Source: Eledone cirrhosa
Lineage: Eukaryota
Length of the DNA: 64,000 bases
Direction: 5' to 3'
NCBI GenBank assembly: GCA_964016885.1
Contig: OZ024743.1
Location: 255,936,001 to 256,000,000 of the forward strand
The position numbers and the translations under genes were made by a program. Positions 26,150 to 39,419 of the stretch are shown here, piece by piece (positions within the stretch are counted from its first letter, which is position 1; every line of letters starts with the position of its first letter). The notes beneath the pieces are model-generated. The model made no database searches. It saw only the letters and a list, made by a program, of their open reading frames with translations, and had not been told where the DNA came from.

Positions 26150-26586
26150 GCGTGTGTGTGTGTGTGTAAACCTGATGCATTTCTACAGTATTTTCACCAA
26201 ACTTAAGACATACGTTACTTATGTACTCCGGATGGTCATCGGAACTCTCAATTTTCCAGATATTGATTATAGGGCCTACCGGCAGATAACCACTTCCTTG
26301 GAGTCGACTGAAGCACTGCAGTGCAATGCAACAAAACGTCATAACTTCTGGAGTTCGCAACCAATTTTCACAAAACTTGACACATGGGCTACGTTTGTCC
26401 TACAAATAAATGTGAACTTTCAGAATTGGCACATATTGAGTAGGGGACCCCTTGGGGCAGGAACCCACTTTGGGAAAAAGCCGATGAATTTGTAAAAGTA
26501 TAGTTTTCCAAGCAGCACTGAAGTATTGACATAAATGGTATACATAATTGGTATTTAATACCCGAGCAACGCCGGACCTCTGCTAG
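26150..26586 (+). mobile_element. Non-autonomous Helitron fragment
   Basis: 3' end cccgagcaacgccggacctctgCTAG followed by T; internal 'ttttcaccaaactt' motifs resemble the 5868-7031 element. Confidence 0.65.
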
Positions 26587-26589
26587 TAT

Positions 26590-27310
26590 ATACTCTGCTA
26601 TGTATTGAGTAACTTTCTTACTGCGGTTACCTCTGATTCAACCCGGAATAACGTATATATATATATATAGTTTTAATATAAATGAGATTCTACAGGACTA
26701 GAACTGTTTCATTCTTTAGAAATCATCAGGAATCTGGGTTTCCAAAAATAAATGTTGTGGTATTTATATGTTTTCAGGTGGTAGGAGAGGGTGGGGAGTG
26801 GGATGGGTGGAGGTCATTGGTTGAAAGAAAAGGGAATTCATTAAAAGCTAATTCTTTAAGGCTATAGTTTATATTTAGAGTGACAAAGGCAGAAAGAATT
26901 AGCTTTTAAAGAATTTCCCTTTTCTTTAAATCCATCAACCATGACCGACCCACATCCATCTTATAGACACCTGAAATATAGGCATTGTTAGCTTAAGAGA
27001 AACTTAAAAATAAGGAGTGGCACCCCATTCTGAACCTGTTTATAGAATCCTTTCTGCCTTTGTCACTCTAAATATAAACTATACCAATGACCTCCACCCA
27101 TCCCACTTCCCACCCTCTCCTACCACCTGAAAAGATATAAATACCACAACATTTATTTTTGGAAAGCCAGATTCCTGATGATTTCTAAAGAATGAAACAG
27201 TTCTAGTCCTGTAGAATCTCAACTATATTAAAACTTTTATACTCTGCTATGTATTGAGTACCTTACTTACTGTGGTTACCTCCGATTCAACCCGGAATAA
27301 CTTACTTATA
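26590..27310. mobile_element. Non-coding fold-back element with two hammerheads (26685-26735 minus; 27169-27219 plus)
   Basis: agattc-CTGATGA-tttc taaa gaat-GAAA-cagttctagtcctgt-a-gaatct; inverted arms ~26670-26900 and 27050-27235; direct tail repeat 26590-26652 / 27240-27301. Confidence 0.82.
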
Positions 27311-27393
27311 CATATATTTATTTTATATATATATATATATATGCTCTAACCACTAAGCCTTATACATACATACATACATACATACATACATAC

Positions 27394-28005
27394 ATGGTGG
27401 CTGCCAACTCGTTTTCGAGTACGGCCACTACTTTATATCCATATAGGAGAACCCCTACCGATGCGCTGAACGAGTGTGACTTTTTAGTCCAACCAGCAAC
27501 TTGAAAACTCTGGTACAAACACTACACTTGTGACAAATATTGACACATAGTGCTGGGCCCATGGTACCCTGTGACGACAAGTGCAGAGAGATCTCCAGAT
27601 ATAAAGCAATGCCTGTGCCGTGAAGCTTTTATAGTGAGCAAAGGCACTGCACAAAGCCAGTCCCACTCTCTTAACCAAGATGATATTTACCAAAAAGAAG
27701 AACAAGTCAACATCATTGGATACCATCAGAGTTGCAGGTGTTATATCAGAGTTTTCCTTCTCCTAGAATTCTGCCTTGACAAAGGCTAAAGGGTCATCTC
27801 TCCCGGTGATTTTGGATGGCCATTGACTCTTAAGAGCTCCTTTGCCCTTTGACAGGTCTTGTTTTTAGTCCTGCAGGATGTCCAAAGTCACCCTCCTCAC
27901 CAAGAAACCTTGGTGGGGTTGCCAGTTTAGTCGCCAACGACCCGACCATGGGTCAGGTTGTACTGGGATACATGTTACCAGTAGCACCAACTGGTGACCT
28001 GACAT
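27394..28005 (-). mobile_element. ~610-bp unclassified interspersed repeat in (TACA)n
   Basis: Near-identical inverted copy at 37857-38460; contains 'ctaggagaaggaaaactctga', reminiscent of RTE 5' UTR-derived elements. Orientation inferred from this. Confidence 0.7.
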
Positions 28006-28069
28006 AAATACATACATACATACATACATACATACATACATACATACATAAATAAGGTTTAGTGGTTAG

Positions 28070-28400
28070 ATGGCTTAGTGGTTAGAGCATTGGCCTTGCA
28101 ATCGATAGGTTTTGAGTTCAATTCTCAGACCGGGTGATGTATTGTTTTCTTGAGCAAGACACTTTATTTCACATTGCTCCAGTTTACTCAGCTGTAGAAA
28201 TGAGATGATAGGACTGGGGTCCCTATCATTCCACTGCAAAGTGGTCGTGGAGGTGCCACGGCAAAAAAGCACCCAGCACTCACTGTAAATGAGGTTGTTG
28301 TTTCGAAGGACATCCAGCTGTAGAAATCAAGCCAGAATCAGTTCCTGTCCCACTCTTGCAAGCAGGGAAAAGCGGAGGTGTAATGAAATGATGATGATGA
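28070..28400 (+). mobile_element. tRNA-derived SINE with (GAT)n tail
   Basis: A box tggcttagtggttagagc and B box gagttcaattctc; minus-strand copies at ~43415-43762 and 47690-48025. Confidence 0.8.
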
Positions 28401-29269
28401 AAAATGATATATATCAGTAAAATATCTGGTACTGCAGAGATGAATATTTTTTTACTTGAAATTACACGTCTGATGAGCAGATTGATACTGGAGTCAAGTC
28501 TACCACAGACCATTGACCCAGACCTCAAACCAATAACCTGTGAAACATATGTAATGCGTTCGATATGGAACACAAACATTTTAAAATGAAACTCTGTTAT
28601 TTACTATATGTGTTGTGCATGCATGAGTTTATATAACATTTTATTTTTTGATACACAGAAACTAAGAAAAATTTCCCTCTCTCCATCCACACACACACAC
28701 GCGCGCGTGTGTGTGTATGTGTGTGTGTGTGTATGTGTATGCTGCATCTGTATATCAAAAGTGTTATAATTTGCATTTTTTTTTTAAATCATTTAAGAAA
28801 AAAAACAAGTAATATTAAATAGTCACTCTTTTTTGTGGTACACAACAACAACAACAAAATATCGATAAACAACAAACCTATCACCTATCACCTATATTGG
28901 ATTACCTTTGAATTTTTATATTTCAACTTTTTTGTTATTATTTCCATTTATCAAAGGAAACATCTCTTCTGAGAACAAAAAATTAGATTTGCTTCTTTGG
29001 CAGTTTATTTTTTTTAATGCCGCTCTACATAAATTCCACACTCATTCCCTAGGTTTCGCTAAGGGGTTTTAAGAAACGTGCTGTCATAAACAGATATAAA
29101 GACCCACACTGCTTTAATGCAGGAGAACATTCAGGATGTGACAGCTGTAATGAGAGAGGGTTGCACTAGCACTGGTTTGGTACTTTCTTTATCCACCCTG
29201 TAAAGATGTAAGTGGCATTTAAACTGATAATGCAGAGACGAGGAACAAATATCCAATGATATATATATA

Positions 29270-29860
29270 TAATATATCATAAATCATGTCCTTAGATTTA
29301 TTAGATAAAATATATACCATTTCCTCTCACAATTAGCATAATTAACCATATAAAAAATCAATTAGACCAGGCTATGAGAATAAAGGCTCCTATGAAGAAA
29401 TATTTGATAAATAACCGAAAGCGGCCTCTTCGCGGTTGACCCCAATAGGGTATTTACCCAACATTTCAACAGCATGTAGAAACTGACTAAATATACCGTC
29501 AACCATACACAATTAGGTATAAATTTAAAGTTAGAAGAAACGTGTACATACCGTAATTACATCTCTACGATGGTTTCGTTCGTATTTCGAGATATCCTAT
29601 TATTAAGGATGAATCTAGAGTAGCGAACTCATCAGGAGACAAACTCAATAGGACAGTTACTTTTCCAAAGCGATCGCGCCAGAAATAGATTTTAAAAATG
29701 GCTAAGAATTGTGACGTATTATTATAGCCTGGTCTAAATAATTTTTTTATGGTTAATTATGCTAATTGGGAGAGGAAATGGTATATATTTTATCTAATAA
29801 TCCTAAGGACATGATTTATGATATATTGCTCTGCTTATTTAATTTATTAATTCTTCATTG
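29270..29860 (-). mobile_element. Small non-coding element with ~105-bp inverted termini and a central hammerhead
   Basis: 29270-29375 is inverted at 29722-29828. Confidence 0.75.
29561..29640 (-). ncRNA. Type I hammerhead ribozyme with extended stem II
   Basis: gtctc-CTGATGA-gttcg...atcct taataat aggat...cgaac-GAAA-ccatcgt-a-gagat. Confidence 0.8.
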
Positions 29861-29917
29861 AACCACATCGTGACCTGTTGCCACATATATATCTGTGAAT
29901 TTATGTATATGTAAATC

Positions 29918-29954
<37 letters not shown>

Positions 29955-30344
29955 TCATCATCATCATCATCACTGTTTAACGCCCATTCTTCCACGCTAG
30001 CATGGGTTGGATGGGTTGTCCTGTTGTGGGGAGGGTCCGGTCGGCTGACCATGTCTTGCTCATACAGGAACTGATTCTGGCTTGATTTCTACAGCTGGAT
30101 GCCCTTCTCAACACCAACCTCATTTACAGTGAGTGCTTGGTATTTTTTTTCCGTGGCACCTACACGCCCACTTTACAGTGTGAGCTGGGTGCTTTTTTGC
30201 CGTGGCGCCTCCACGACCACTTTGCAGTGGGAATGTGTTGGGGCATATTGCCTATATGCTTCAGCTTCGGCTTTTCCCGTGGGGGTTCAGGTCTCCTGTA
30301 TTACTGCGTGACACCAGAGGTGACGGTCGTATGTCATCGCCTTT

Positions 30345-32880
30345 GAGAGGTGTAATTGGGTAAGGTCGGCTTATATCAGCTCATCCCGGGTCTTCTTGGG
30401 TCTCCCCACTCCACGGTTTCCACCGACTTCTAGTGCTCTGCAGCTTTTTATGCAGCTGTCATCCTTCATACGTATCACATGTCCATACCAACGCAACTGC
30501 GTCTCCTGCACACAGCATTTGATTCCTCTTATGCTCAGTCTCTCTCTCAATTCATCTATGCTTTGCTGTTCGCGTATATTACTATTACAAATCCATCGGA
30601 GCATGCAGGCTTCGTTTCTTTCTAATCTACGCAAATCTTCGAAAGACAGTGCCCAGGTCTCACTGCTATGTAACATTGCTGTTCGTATACACGCATCATA
30701 CTGTCTGCCTTTCATCTTGAGGGAAAAGCCTTTTGCAGCTAGCAGTGGCAGTAGCTCCCTGAACTTCTTCCATCCCGTTCTTACCCTAGTTATTGTACTT
30801 TCCGAACACCCACCTCCCCTGCTAATTCGGTAACCTAGGTAGCAGAAGGTGTCTACTGTTTCTACAGAGCCCTCCCACAGTTTGGTGGTACTTTTTCCTG
30901 TGACTGGTTGCTGCTTGCTGTCCCAGCACAGCTGCCACATATGAAGCCTACATTCTTAGTTAAACTTCCTGAAATCCCGCTACATCTCTTGTGTACTCAT
31001 TGTTTGCATTTGGGGCAGAGAATGGAGTTCCTACCTACACCTTTCCTACATACTGAGCAAGGCCATTTCCCTGAGGGGATCTGGGTTCTGTTTTCTCGTC
31101 TACTTACAAGGACCTTACTCTTTGTCAGGTTGACCCTCACACCCTTTCTCTCTAGTCCCTGCTTCCAAGTTTGGAATTTCTTCTCTAGTTCTACCATAGA
31201 TTCAGCTATAAGTGCAAGGTCATCTGCATACAGGAGTTCTCATGGGCATCCATTATTGCCTGCAGAACAATGATGAACAGGAGAGGGCTAAGAACAGAAC
31301 CCTGGTGGACACAGACCTGTACGCTAAATTCCTCGCTATAGTCATTGCTAATCGTAACTTTGATGACTGCTCCCCTATACATGCCTTGTACAGCTTTCAC
31401 AGTTTTTATCTACGCCTAGTTTTCTAAGAGCCCACCAGATTATAGCACGGGGAACTCTGTCAAAGGCTTTCTCGAGATCGACGAATGCCAGGTAGAGTGA
31501 CTTACTTTTAGCTAGGTACTTTTCCTGTAACTGCCTCACAAGGAAGAGGGCATCAGTGGTGTCCCTTCCTGGCACAAACCCAAATTGCATCTCATCTAGT
31601 TTCACCAGGTCCCTAATCAACTGTGCTATAACTGTTTCTGTTACTTTCATGACCTGGTCCATCAGCTTTATACCTCTATAATTTCTTCTATCTAGTGCAT
31701 CAGCTTTACCTTTGTAGCAGTTGACAATGATGCTGCTGCACCAATCCTTTGGTATGATAACATCTAGTATTACCTGGTTAACAATACGTGTGGTTATGGT
31801 GTGACCCACCGACCCAGATGCCTTCAGCATCTTGGCAGCTATACGCGATGGACCGGTTGCCTTCCCCGTCTGCATATCTTTGATTGCCTTACTTACTATG
31901 CTGCTGCTGACTTGTACTGCTGGCCCCTCTATAGGTTCTACATGGGATAGGGTCTCTTCTTCCTATGCATTCTCCTCATTTAGTAATCTATCATAATGGC
32001 TCTTCCACGCATCTTTCTTCTCAGCACTTGTGAGGGCAAGCTCACCTTTATCATTCCGGATACACTTCTCTCCAATGACATCATAATTCTCTCTGACACA
32101 CTGCCTCGCAATCTTGAACACCTCCTGTTTCTGGTCCTCACGTTGCAAAACATGCTTGAATTTTCTATCCTCTGCTTCCCTCCTAGCTAAGTATACTTGT
32201 CGCCTAGCTTCCCTCCCGGTCTCTATGTAATGTACCCTACTTCCCCCGTTCTTCCATTCTTTCCATGCCTTCTCTTGGCCTTAACTGCCTCATCTACCTT
32301 ATTGTTCCACCACCAAGTCAGTCTCCTCCTGCTTGTGGTCTTACTCCAGCCACAGATCTCATCCGTTGCCTTTAGTAAGTTATTTTTTAGGAACTCCCAG
32401 TGCTCTTCTACATTGAATGTCTGTATCTGTCCTTCTTTACTGTCATAGGCGTTGAGTATAATATCTTTAAATCTGTTACTGGCTGAGGGGTCTTTCAGCT
32501 TCCAGATCTTTCTTCTCCAGGTTGGCCTCTGTTTCCAGGTTCGTCTAGTTCTGACTGTGAGGTCGCTGACAACTAAGCTATGTTGGGAGGTACATTCCTC
32601 ACTAGGGAAGGCTTTTGCGTTTACGACCGTCCTTCTGTCACGTCCTCTGATGAGGATAAAATCTATCTGACTAGAATGCTCCCCTGATCTATAGGTGATC
32701 AGGTGGTTGTCGGATTTTTTTAAGTGTGTGTTACATATCGACATGTCATTGGCGTTGCAGAATTCTAGAAGCCTGAATCCTTCTTCATTTCTTGTGCCAA
32801 CCCCATGGCCTCCATGGACTCTATAGAAGCCGTTACGGTGTTTACCTACGTGTCCATTAAAATCTCCTGTAACGATTAGG
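30345..32880 (-). mobile_element. Decayed RTE LINE (APE C-terminus, RT, Cys finger, C-terminus)
   Basis: SQIDFILIR, SQHSLVVSDL, QFGFVPGR, FVDLEKAFDRV, HQGSVLSP, WPCSVCRKGVGRNSILC, LRWYGHV; multiple frameshifts. Confidence 0.92.
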
Positions 32881-33168
32881 AATAAACGATTATGAATATA
32901 TATATATATATATATGAAGTATGATGTAATGAAGCTTCAGTTAAAAAATGGTTTTATTGAGCTCACATATCTGAGGAGCATATCAGTGGTGGAGTCAGGT
33001 CATGTTCACATCAATGAAGATCTTGGTATAGAATAACATCAATTTAAAGTGAAACTTTATTATATCATACTTCATATATACATTCTGCTATAGCAGTGCT
33101 CACATTGGTGAATCTTCCACTAATCACAAAATTACTGAGTAACCTACTGTTTATATACATACACACAT

Positions 33169-33247
<79 letters not shown>

Positions 33248-33649
33248 CATGGATGTCATTTACAATAGATCTCATTTATCCAAGATTGAATATATATATA
33301 TTTCATAATCATCATCATCATCATCGTTTAACGTCCATCTTCCACGCTAGCATGGGTTAGACGGTTTTGTTCCATTTGATGCGGGAATGGTCAGGAGACC
33401 ATGTCTTGCTTGCACGGCAGCCTCTATGGCAGGTTTTTTTCAGCTGGATGTCCTTCCTAACACCAACCACATTCACAGTGTGGACAGGGAGCCTTTTCAC
33501 CGTGTCTCCTATACGACCACCTAACAGTGTGGACTGTTGTGTCATCGACACAGTGGACGGAACGGGAGAGGGAGGATGGAGTAGGGTGTGGCAGTGGGGT
33601 GTACATCGAGTTAAGAGGTGCCTGCTGACTGTAGGTTAGTATGCAATGA

Positions 33650-33890
33650 TAGTCAGGTCTTCTGTACAACTGCATGGCACCATAGGTCTCGATCCAGTGT
33701 CATTGTCTTAGAGAGGTGTAGGTGAGCAAGGTCAGTTTTTATTACCTCATCCCAGGTATTTCTTGGTCTACCCACTCCGTAGCTTCCATCAATTTTCATT
33801 GCCCTGCACTTTTTTATACAGCTGTCGTCCTTCATATGCATCGCATGTCCATACTAACGCAATCTCCTCTCCAGAACACAACATTTGATA
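33650..33890 (-). mobile_element. RTE LINE 3' fragment
   Basis: MKDDSCIKKC...GVGRPRNTWDEVI. Confidence 0.8.
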
Positions 33891-34001
33891 CCTTTTATAT
33901 ATATATATATGTGTGTAAAATGTAAACAGAAATAACAACACAATCGGTAGAGTATATGGAAGGAATATATAAGGTTAACACTTGAAATAGCAGGAAGAGG
34001 G

Positions 34002-34037
34002 TCTTAACGTTTCGGATACTAGTCCTTCATCAGAAGA
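34002..34037 (-). ncRNA. Minimal type I hammerhead ribozyme
   Basis: tctt-CTGATGA-agga ctagta tcc-GAAA-cgt-t-aaga; ACGT palindromic stem III. Confidence 0.75.
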
Positions 34038-34439
34038 AAGAATGAGAAATAAGATAGATTGAATGGGTGGGCTGGAATTTTTAAAAATGTCTTTAGATAA
34101 AAATAACAAGTCTATTAATGTTGACATCTCTTGGAAAACTGTTGATGTTGGCGTTTTGTGTATGATTTATTTTTTTAGAAAAGTGGATGATGGAGCGTGT
34201 CTACCTGAAATTGAAAAATAAACGTTTTGTAAAAAGAGCTATACTTGTGCATGTGCATATGCATGTGTGTGTCTGTGTGTGCATGTTATTATACATCCGT
34301 ACGAAGCTAAGAAATAATGTGTGTATATTGCTTATTGGTAGATTTAACAGGTACAAGTTGCTTTTGTAATGATTTCATAACAGTTGTATGCTGGAATCAT
34401 ATAAGATATATAATTATGTAACATTAGTCTTGATGTTAA

Positions 34440-35720
34440 TTCATCATCATCATCATCATCATTTTACGTCTGCTTTTCTCTGCTTGCAAGGATGGGACGG
34501 GTCTTATTCAACATCTCTCCACTTGTCACGGTCCTTCGTCATCTCCACCGTGAGATTCAGTGATCTGAGGTGTGTTCTCATCACCTCCGCCCATGTTTTT
34601 CGTGGTCTACCTCTACCACATCTTCCTTCAACTGGCATTTCCTGGCAGTTCTACACCTATCGGTCATCCTCCATGCGCATCACATGTCCATACCATCGCA
34701 GTCTCCTCTCTCGCACGCTACATTCTATCCCTCTCAGGCACAGTTTCTCTCTCAATACATTTATGCTGGGTTGTTCACGCACATTGACATTGCACATCCA
34801 ACAGAGCATGCTTGCCTCATTTCTCTCCAGCCGTCGCATATCCTCTGCAGTTGCTGCCCAAGTCTCACTACCATGCAGCATCGCGCTCCTCACACATTTA
34901 ACCTGCCTTTCGTAGGCAGGGAGAACCCCTTCTTCGTCAGCAGAGGAAGCAGCTCCCTAAACTTCTTCCAACCCATCCTTATTCTAGATACTATGGCCTC
35001 GGAACCCCCCCCCCCTCCCATGCTAATCTGATATCCTAGGTACCGGAAGCTATCCACCACTTCTATAGCACCCGCCTGCATTTGAAAAATGTGTCTATCA
35101 ATGCGACTTCTACTGTCTAATTTCCCTGTACATCTATTGCATACGTATTTCTCCCTACCTGTTAGTTTGCCTGCTATCCCACTACATCTCTTGTGTACCC
35201 AGGATGTGCATGTGTGAATTTTATAGAATTTATGCCAGTTCCTTTTCTGTATATCGAACATGGCCATTTCCCTGATGGAATCAGAGTTTTGTCCTCTTTC
35301 CTACTCATCAACACTTTTGTCTTAGCTAGGTTCACTCTCAGTCCTCTTGCTTCCAAATGCTGTTTCCATAGCCAGAATTTATTCTCTAGTTCCTCTACTG
35401 ATTCTGCTATAAGAACCAGATCGTCAGCATAGAGAAGTTCCCATGGACAGCCAGTCTTAAACTCCTCTGTTATGGCTTGGAGGACTATAATGAACAAGAG
35501 CGGGCTGAGGACCGAACCTTGATGTACTCCTACTTGTATCTGGAATTCCTCACTAAACTCCATTCCTACCCTTACTTTACTGACAGCACCTTTGTACAAA
35601 GTTTGCACTGTCCTCACAAGGCCTTCTCTAGGTCAACAAAGGTTAAGTATAGTGGCTTATTCTTCTCTAAGAACCTCTCTTGTAATTGTCTCACCAAGAA
35701 GAGGGCATCTGTTGTACTTT
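34440..35720 (-). mobile_element. 5'-truncated RTE LINE with (GAT)n tail
   Basis: GVHQGSVLSPLLF, LLYADDLV, WVHKRC, FRYLG, RRLRWYGHV. Confidence 0.9.
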
Positions 35721-36069
35721 TTCCGTCCCACCCTTGCAAGCAGGGTAAAGCAGACGTTCTTTCAAGCTAGCATGGGTTAGACGGATTGTCCTGTTGTGAG
35801 CAGTGTCCAGTTGGCTGACCTTGTCTTGCTCATACAGGAACTGATTCTGGCTTGATTTCTACAGCTAGATGCCCTTCCTAACACCAGTGAGTGCTGGGCG
35901 CTTTTTTCCGTGGCGCCTACACGTCCACTTTACAGTAGGAGGGTGTGGAGGAATATTGTCTATATGCTTCAGCTTCGGCTTGTTCCGGTGATGGGGTCTT
36001 CTGTGTTACTGCGTGACGCCAGAGGTCACGGTCGTGTGTCATTACTCTTGACAGGTGCAATATATATAT

Positions 36070-37106
36070 ATATATATCTAAATCCAAAATTAAGATAAAA
36101 TAAATTAAATGAATTTAATCTAAATCGAAATTATGGGTGTCATGTCATAATGCATGCGCCATATATCCTGGAAATTAAGCTCAAAGATAAATCCGAGCAT
36201 ATTATAATAACTAGAAATTGATTAACATATAAATATACATGAATAATCACAGGAGATAATTTTTGCTCGCGTGTAACCACGCATAGCTAGTATAGGTAAT
36301 ATTTACCTTTAAGAGTGATTAACCTTCCTTGTATATATCCCATTAAAGAAATATATTTCACCAATTAATCAGATGATAAGTCACGGAAAGTGGATATTAT
36401 TGGATTGTCAACAAGGAAAGTGTAATAATGTCCAGCCATCCGTCCTTACAGAGTGAGTTCAAATCTTCATCTAGCCGTTACCACGTGTTGTGTCGACACA
36501 AGATAGCGGTTTCGTTTCAGTGGCGTGAATAGGTATTCGACAACTAGAAATAGCAGTCAAATTCTCTTCAATAGAAATAGCTCTACAATTAAGGAGCCAT
36601 ATATATATATCTAAATCCAAAATTAAGATAAAATAAATTAAATGAATTTAATCTAAATCGAAATTATGGGTGTCATTTTGGATTTAGATATATATATATA
36701 CGGCTCCTTAATTGTAGAGCTATTTCTATTGAAGAGAATTTGACTGCTATTTCTAGTTGTCAAATACCTATTCACGCCACTGAAACGAAACCGCTATCTT
36801 GTGTAGACACAACACGTGGTAACGGCTAGATGAAGATTTGAACTCACTCTGTAAGGACGGATGGCTGGACATTATTACACTTTCCTTGTTGACAATCCAA
36901 TAATATCCACTTTCCGTGACTTACCATCTGATTAATTGGTGAAATATATTTCTTTAATGGGATATATACAAGGAAGGTTAATCACTCTTAAAGGTAAATA
37001 TTACCTATACTAGCTATGCGTGATTACACGCGAGCAAAAATTATCTCCTGTGATTATTCATGTATATTTATATGTTAATCAATTTCTAGTTATTACAATT
37101 TCTAGT

Positions 37107-37110
<4 letters not shown>
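36070..37110. repeat. ~420-bp-arm fold-back element with a ~70-bp direct terminal duplication
   Basis: 36205-36622 is inverted at 36676-37095; 36070-36143 recurs at 36603-36676. Confidence 0.85.
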
Positions 37111-37171
<61 letters not shown>

Positions 37172-37223
37172 TATATGCACACACGCACACATACACTCAT
37201 ATATATATGTGTGTATGTGTGTA

Positions 37224-37262
<39 letters not shown>

Positions 37263-37269
37263 CCCATTC

Positions 37270-37790
37270 ATACTGTAGCCAGAGTAAGAACGAGATGGAA
37301 GAAGTTCAGGAAGTTATGGCTAAAAAAAACTTTTCCCTCAAAATGAAAGGCAAACTGTATGGTGCAGACACACGAACAGCAATGTTGCACTGCAGTGAGC
37401 CCTGGGCACAGTGTGCAGAAGACTTGCATAGATTCGAAAGAAATGAAGTTTGCATGCTTTGATGTATGCACTATAAGTCAATGGCAAAGCATAAACGAAC
37501 TGAGAGAGTAACTAGTCATTAGAGGAATCAAATGTTGTGTGCAAGAGAGGAGATTATGTTGGTATGGACATGTGATGTATATAAAGGATGATAGCAGCAT
37601 AAAAATGTGCAGGGCACTCAAAGTCGATGGAAGCCTTGGAATGGGGAAACCCAGGAAGACTTGGGATGAGGTGATAAAAGCTGAGCTTGCCCAATTGCTT
37701 CTCTCAAAGGGGATGACACAGGACCAAGATCTGTGGCATTATGCGGTTATACAGAAGACCTGACTCCCAACAGGCACATGCTGAATCTGA
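37270..37790 (+). mobile_element. RTE LINE 3' fragment
   Basis: [33 protein letters not shown]. Confidence 0.85.
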
Positions 37791-37856
37791 AGCATACATA
37801 TACGTACATACATGTACATATATACATATATATATATATATATATTATGTATATTT

Positions 37857-38460
37857 TGTCAGGTCACCAGTTGGTGCTACTGGTAACATGTATCCCAGTA
37901 CAACCTGTCTCATGGTTGGGTCGTTGGCGACTAAACTGGCAACCCCACCAAAATTTCTTGTTGAGGAGGGTGACTTCCTGCAGCACTAAAAACAAAACCT
38001 GTCAAAGGGCAAAGGAGCTCTTAAAAGTCAATGGCCATCCAAAATCACCGGGAGAGATGACTCCTTAGCCTTTGTCAAGGCAGAATTCTAGGAGAAGGAA
38101 AACTCTGATATAACACCTGCAACCCTGGTGGTATCCAATGATGTTGACTTGTTCTTCTTTTTAGTAAATATCATCTTGGTTAAGAGAGTGGGACCGGCTT
38201 TTTGCAGTGCCTTTGCTCACTATAAAAGCTTCACAGCACAGGCATTGCTTTATATCTGGAGATCTCTCTGCACTTGTCGTCACATGGTACCATGGGCCCA
38301 GCACTATGTGTCAATAATTGTCACAAGTGTAGTGTTTGTACCAGAGTTTTCAAGTCGCTGGCTGGACTAAAAAGTCACACTCGTTCAGCGCATCGGTAGG
38401 GGTTCTCCTACATGGATATAAAGTAGTGGCCATACTCGAAAACGAGTTGGCAGCCACCAT
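37857..38460 (+). mobile_element. Second copy of the ~610-bp repeat
   Basis: Reverse complement of 27394-28005. Confidence 0.7.
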
Positions 38461-39374
38461 GTATATGTATATATATACACCAAAATGAGCGCAATGTGAA
38501 CAGTGAGTGGTAAAAGACTCACAAAACTATGCTTGCTTCTACAACCACCAATAGTAGGTTACAAAACAACAATATGATAGGTTATCTAAGAATCTGTGTT
38601 CATAAACACAGTTGTGCACATTTATACACAGATAGACACACAGCTAAATAGAAAACACTTAAATTTACATGTGAAATATCCTGTCTAGTTAAATGACACA
38701 ACACACCAACAGGGATTAAACTCATAACATTCTGTTTGTGATATGAACATTTTAACCACTAAGCCATGTGCCTTTACTTGTGGGAAATGATGGTGAGTGG
38801 TTGTGTTGGTGATGTGGTGGTGGTTGTGTGGCAATGATGGTGTGATGGTTGTGGTGTGGTAGTGGTGGTTTGTTGTGTTGGCAGTATGTTGGTGTTGTAT
38901 TTGCTATGTAGAATGATGGTGGTAGTAGAATTAGTGGTTGTGTTTCATGGAGAATGGAAATATAACAACAGCAATGATTAGCAACATTAAAAGTCATGCT
39001 GAGTGGTGTTTTACCAATAATATTACAGACAAAATGATAGAATAAAGTCAATTGAGTGAAATTGATGAAAATTCTTCCTGTGTGCATTAATTGGTTAAAC
39101 ATGGTATTTATGAACAGGAATTAGATTGGAATCTTCTATTTGATAGTTAACAGGAAATAGAGGGGGAAAGACAAAGAGTGAAAGAAAAACACAGAGAGAG
39201 AAGATGAATATTTGTGAAAGGTAGTAGCAAGAATACAGGGAGAGAAAGATGGAGAATCAATTAAAGATACTGTGAGGTATATTATTAATTCACAGGTTGG
39301 GGTAGGTATTTATATAGAGATTTACAGATATTGAATAGGAACATTTGACTATTGTCAACGATTGGGCATGAATT

Positions 39375-39419
<45 letters not shown>

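Noticed and set aside
28070-28145. tRNA gene
   Set aside because: The A/B boxes run into a SINE body and (GAT)n tail, there are multiple copies, and the acceptor stem is not convincing.
28470-28500. CTGATGA-gcag...ctg as a hammerhead
   Set aside because: No GAAA follows the stem and no stem I or III can be formed; the same applies to CTGATGA near 6733 and 59154.
32950-33150. Additional host exon (also ~39010-39140 and 42300-42430)
   Set aside because: Splice-like signals are present, but the frames contain stops and the similarity is too faint to call.
36728-36830. TTGAAGA...GAAA as a complete hammerhead
   Set aside because: No stem I partner flanks the core, and U3 is not compensated at position 8.
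38770-38945. His/Pro-rich ORF 38752-39102
   Set aside because: It derives largely from a degenerate (TGG)n simple repeat.
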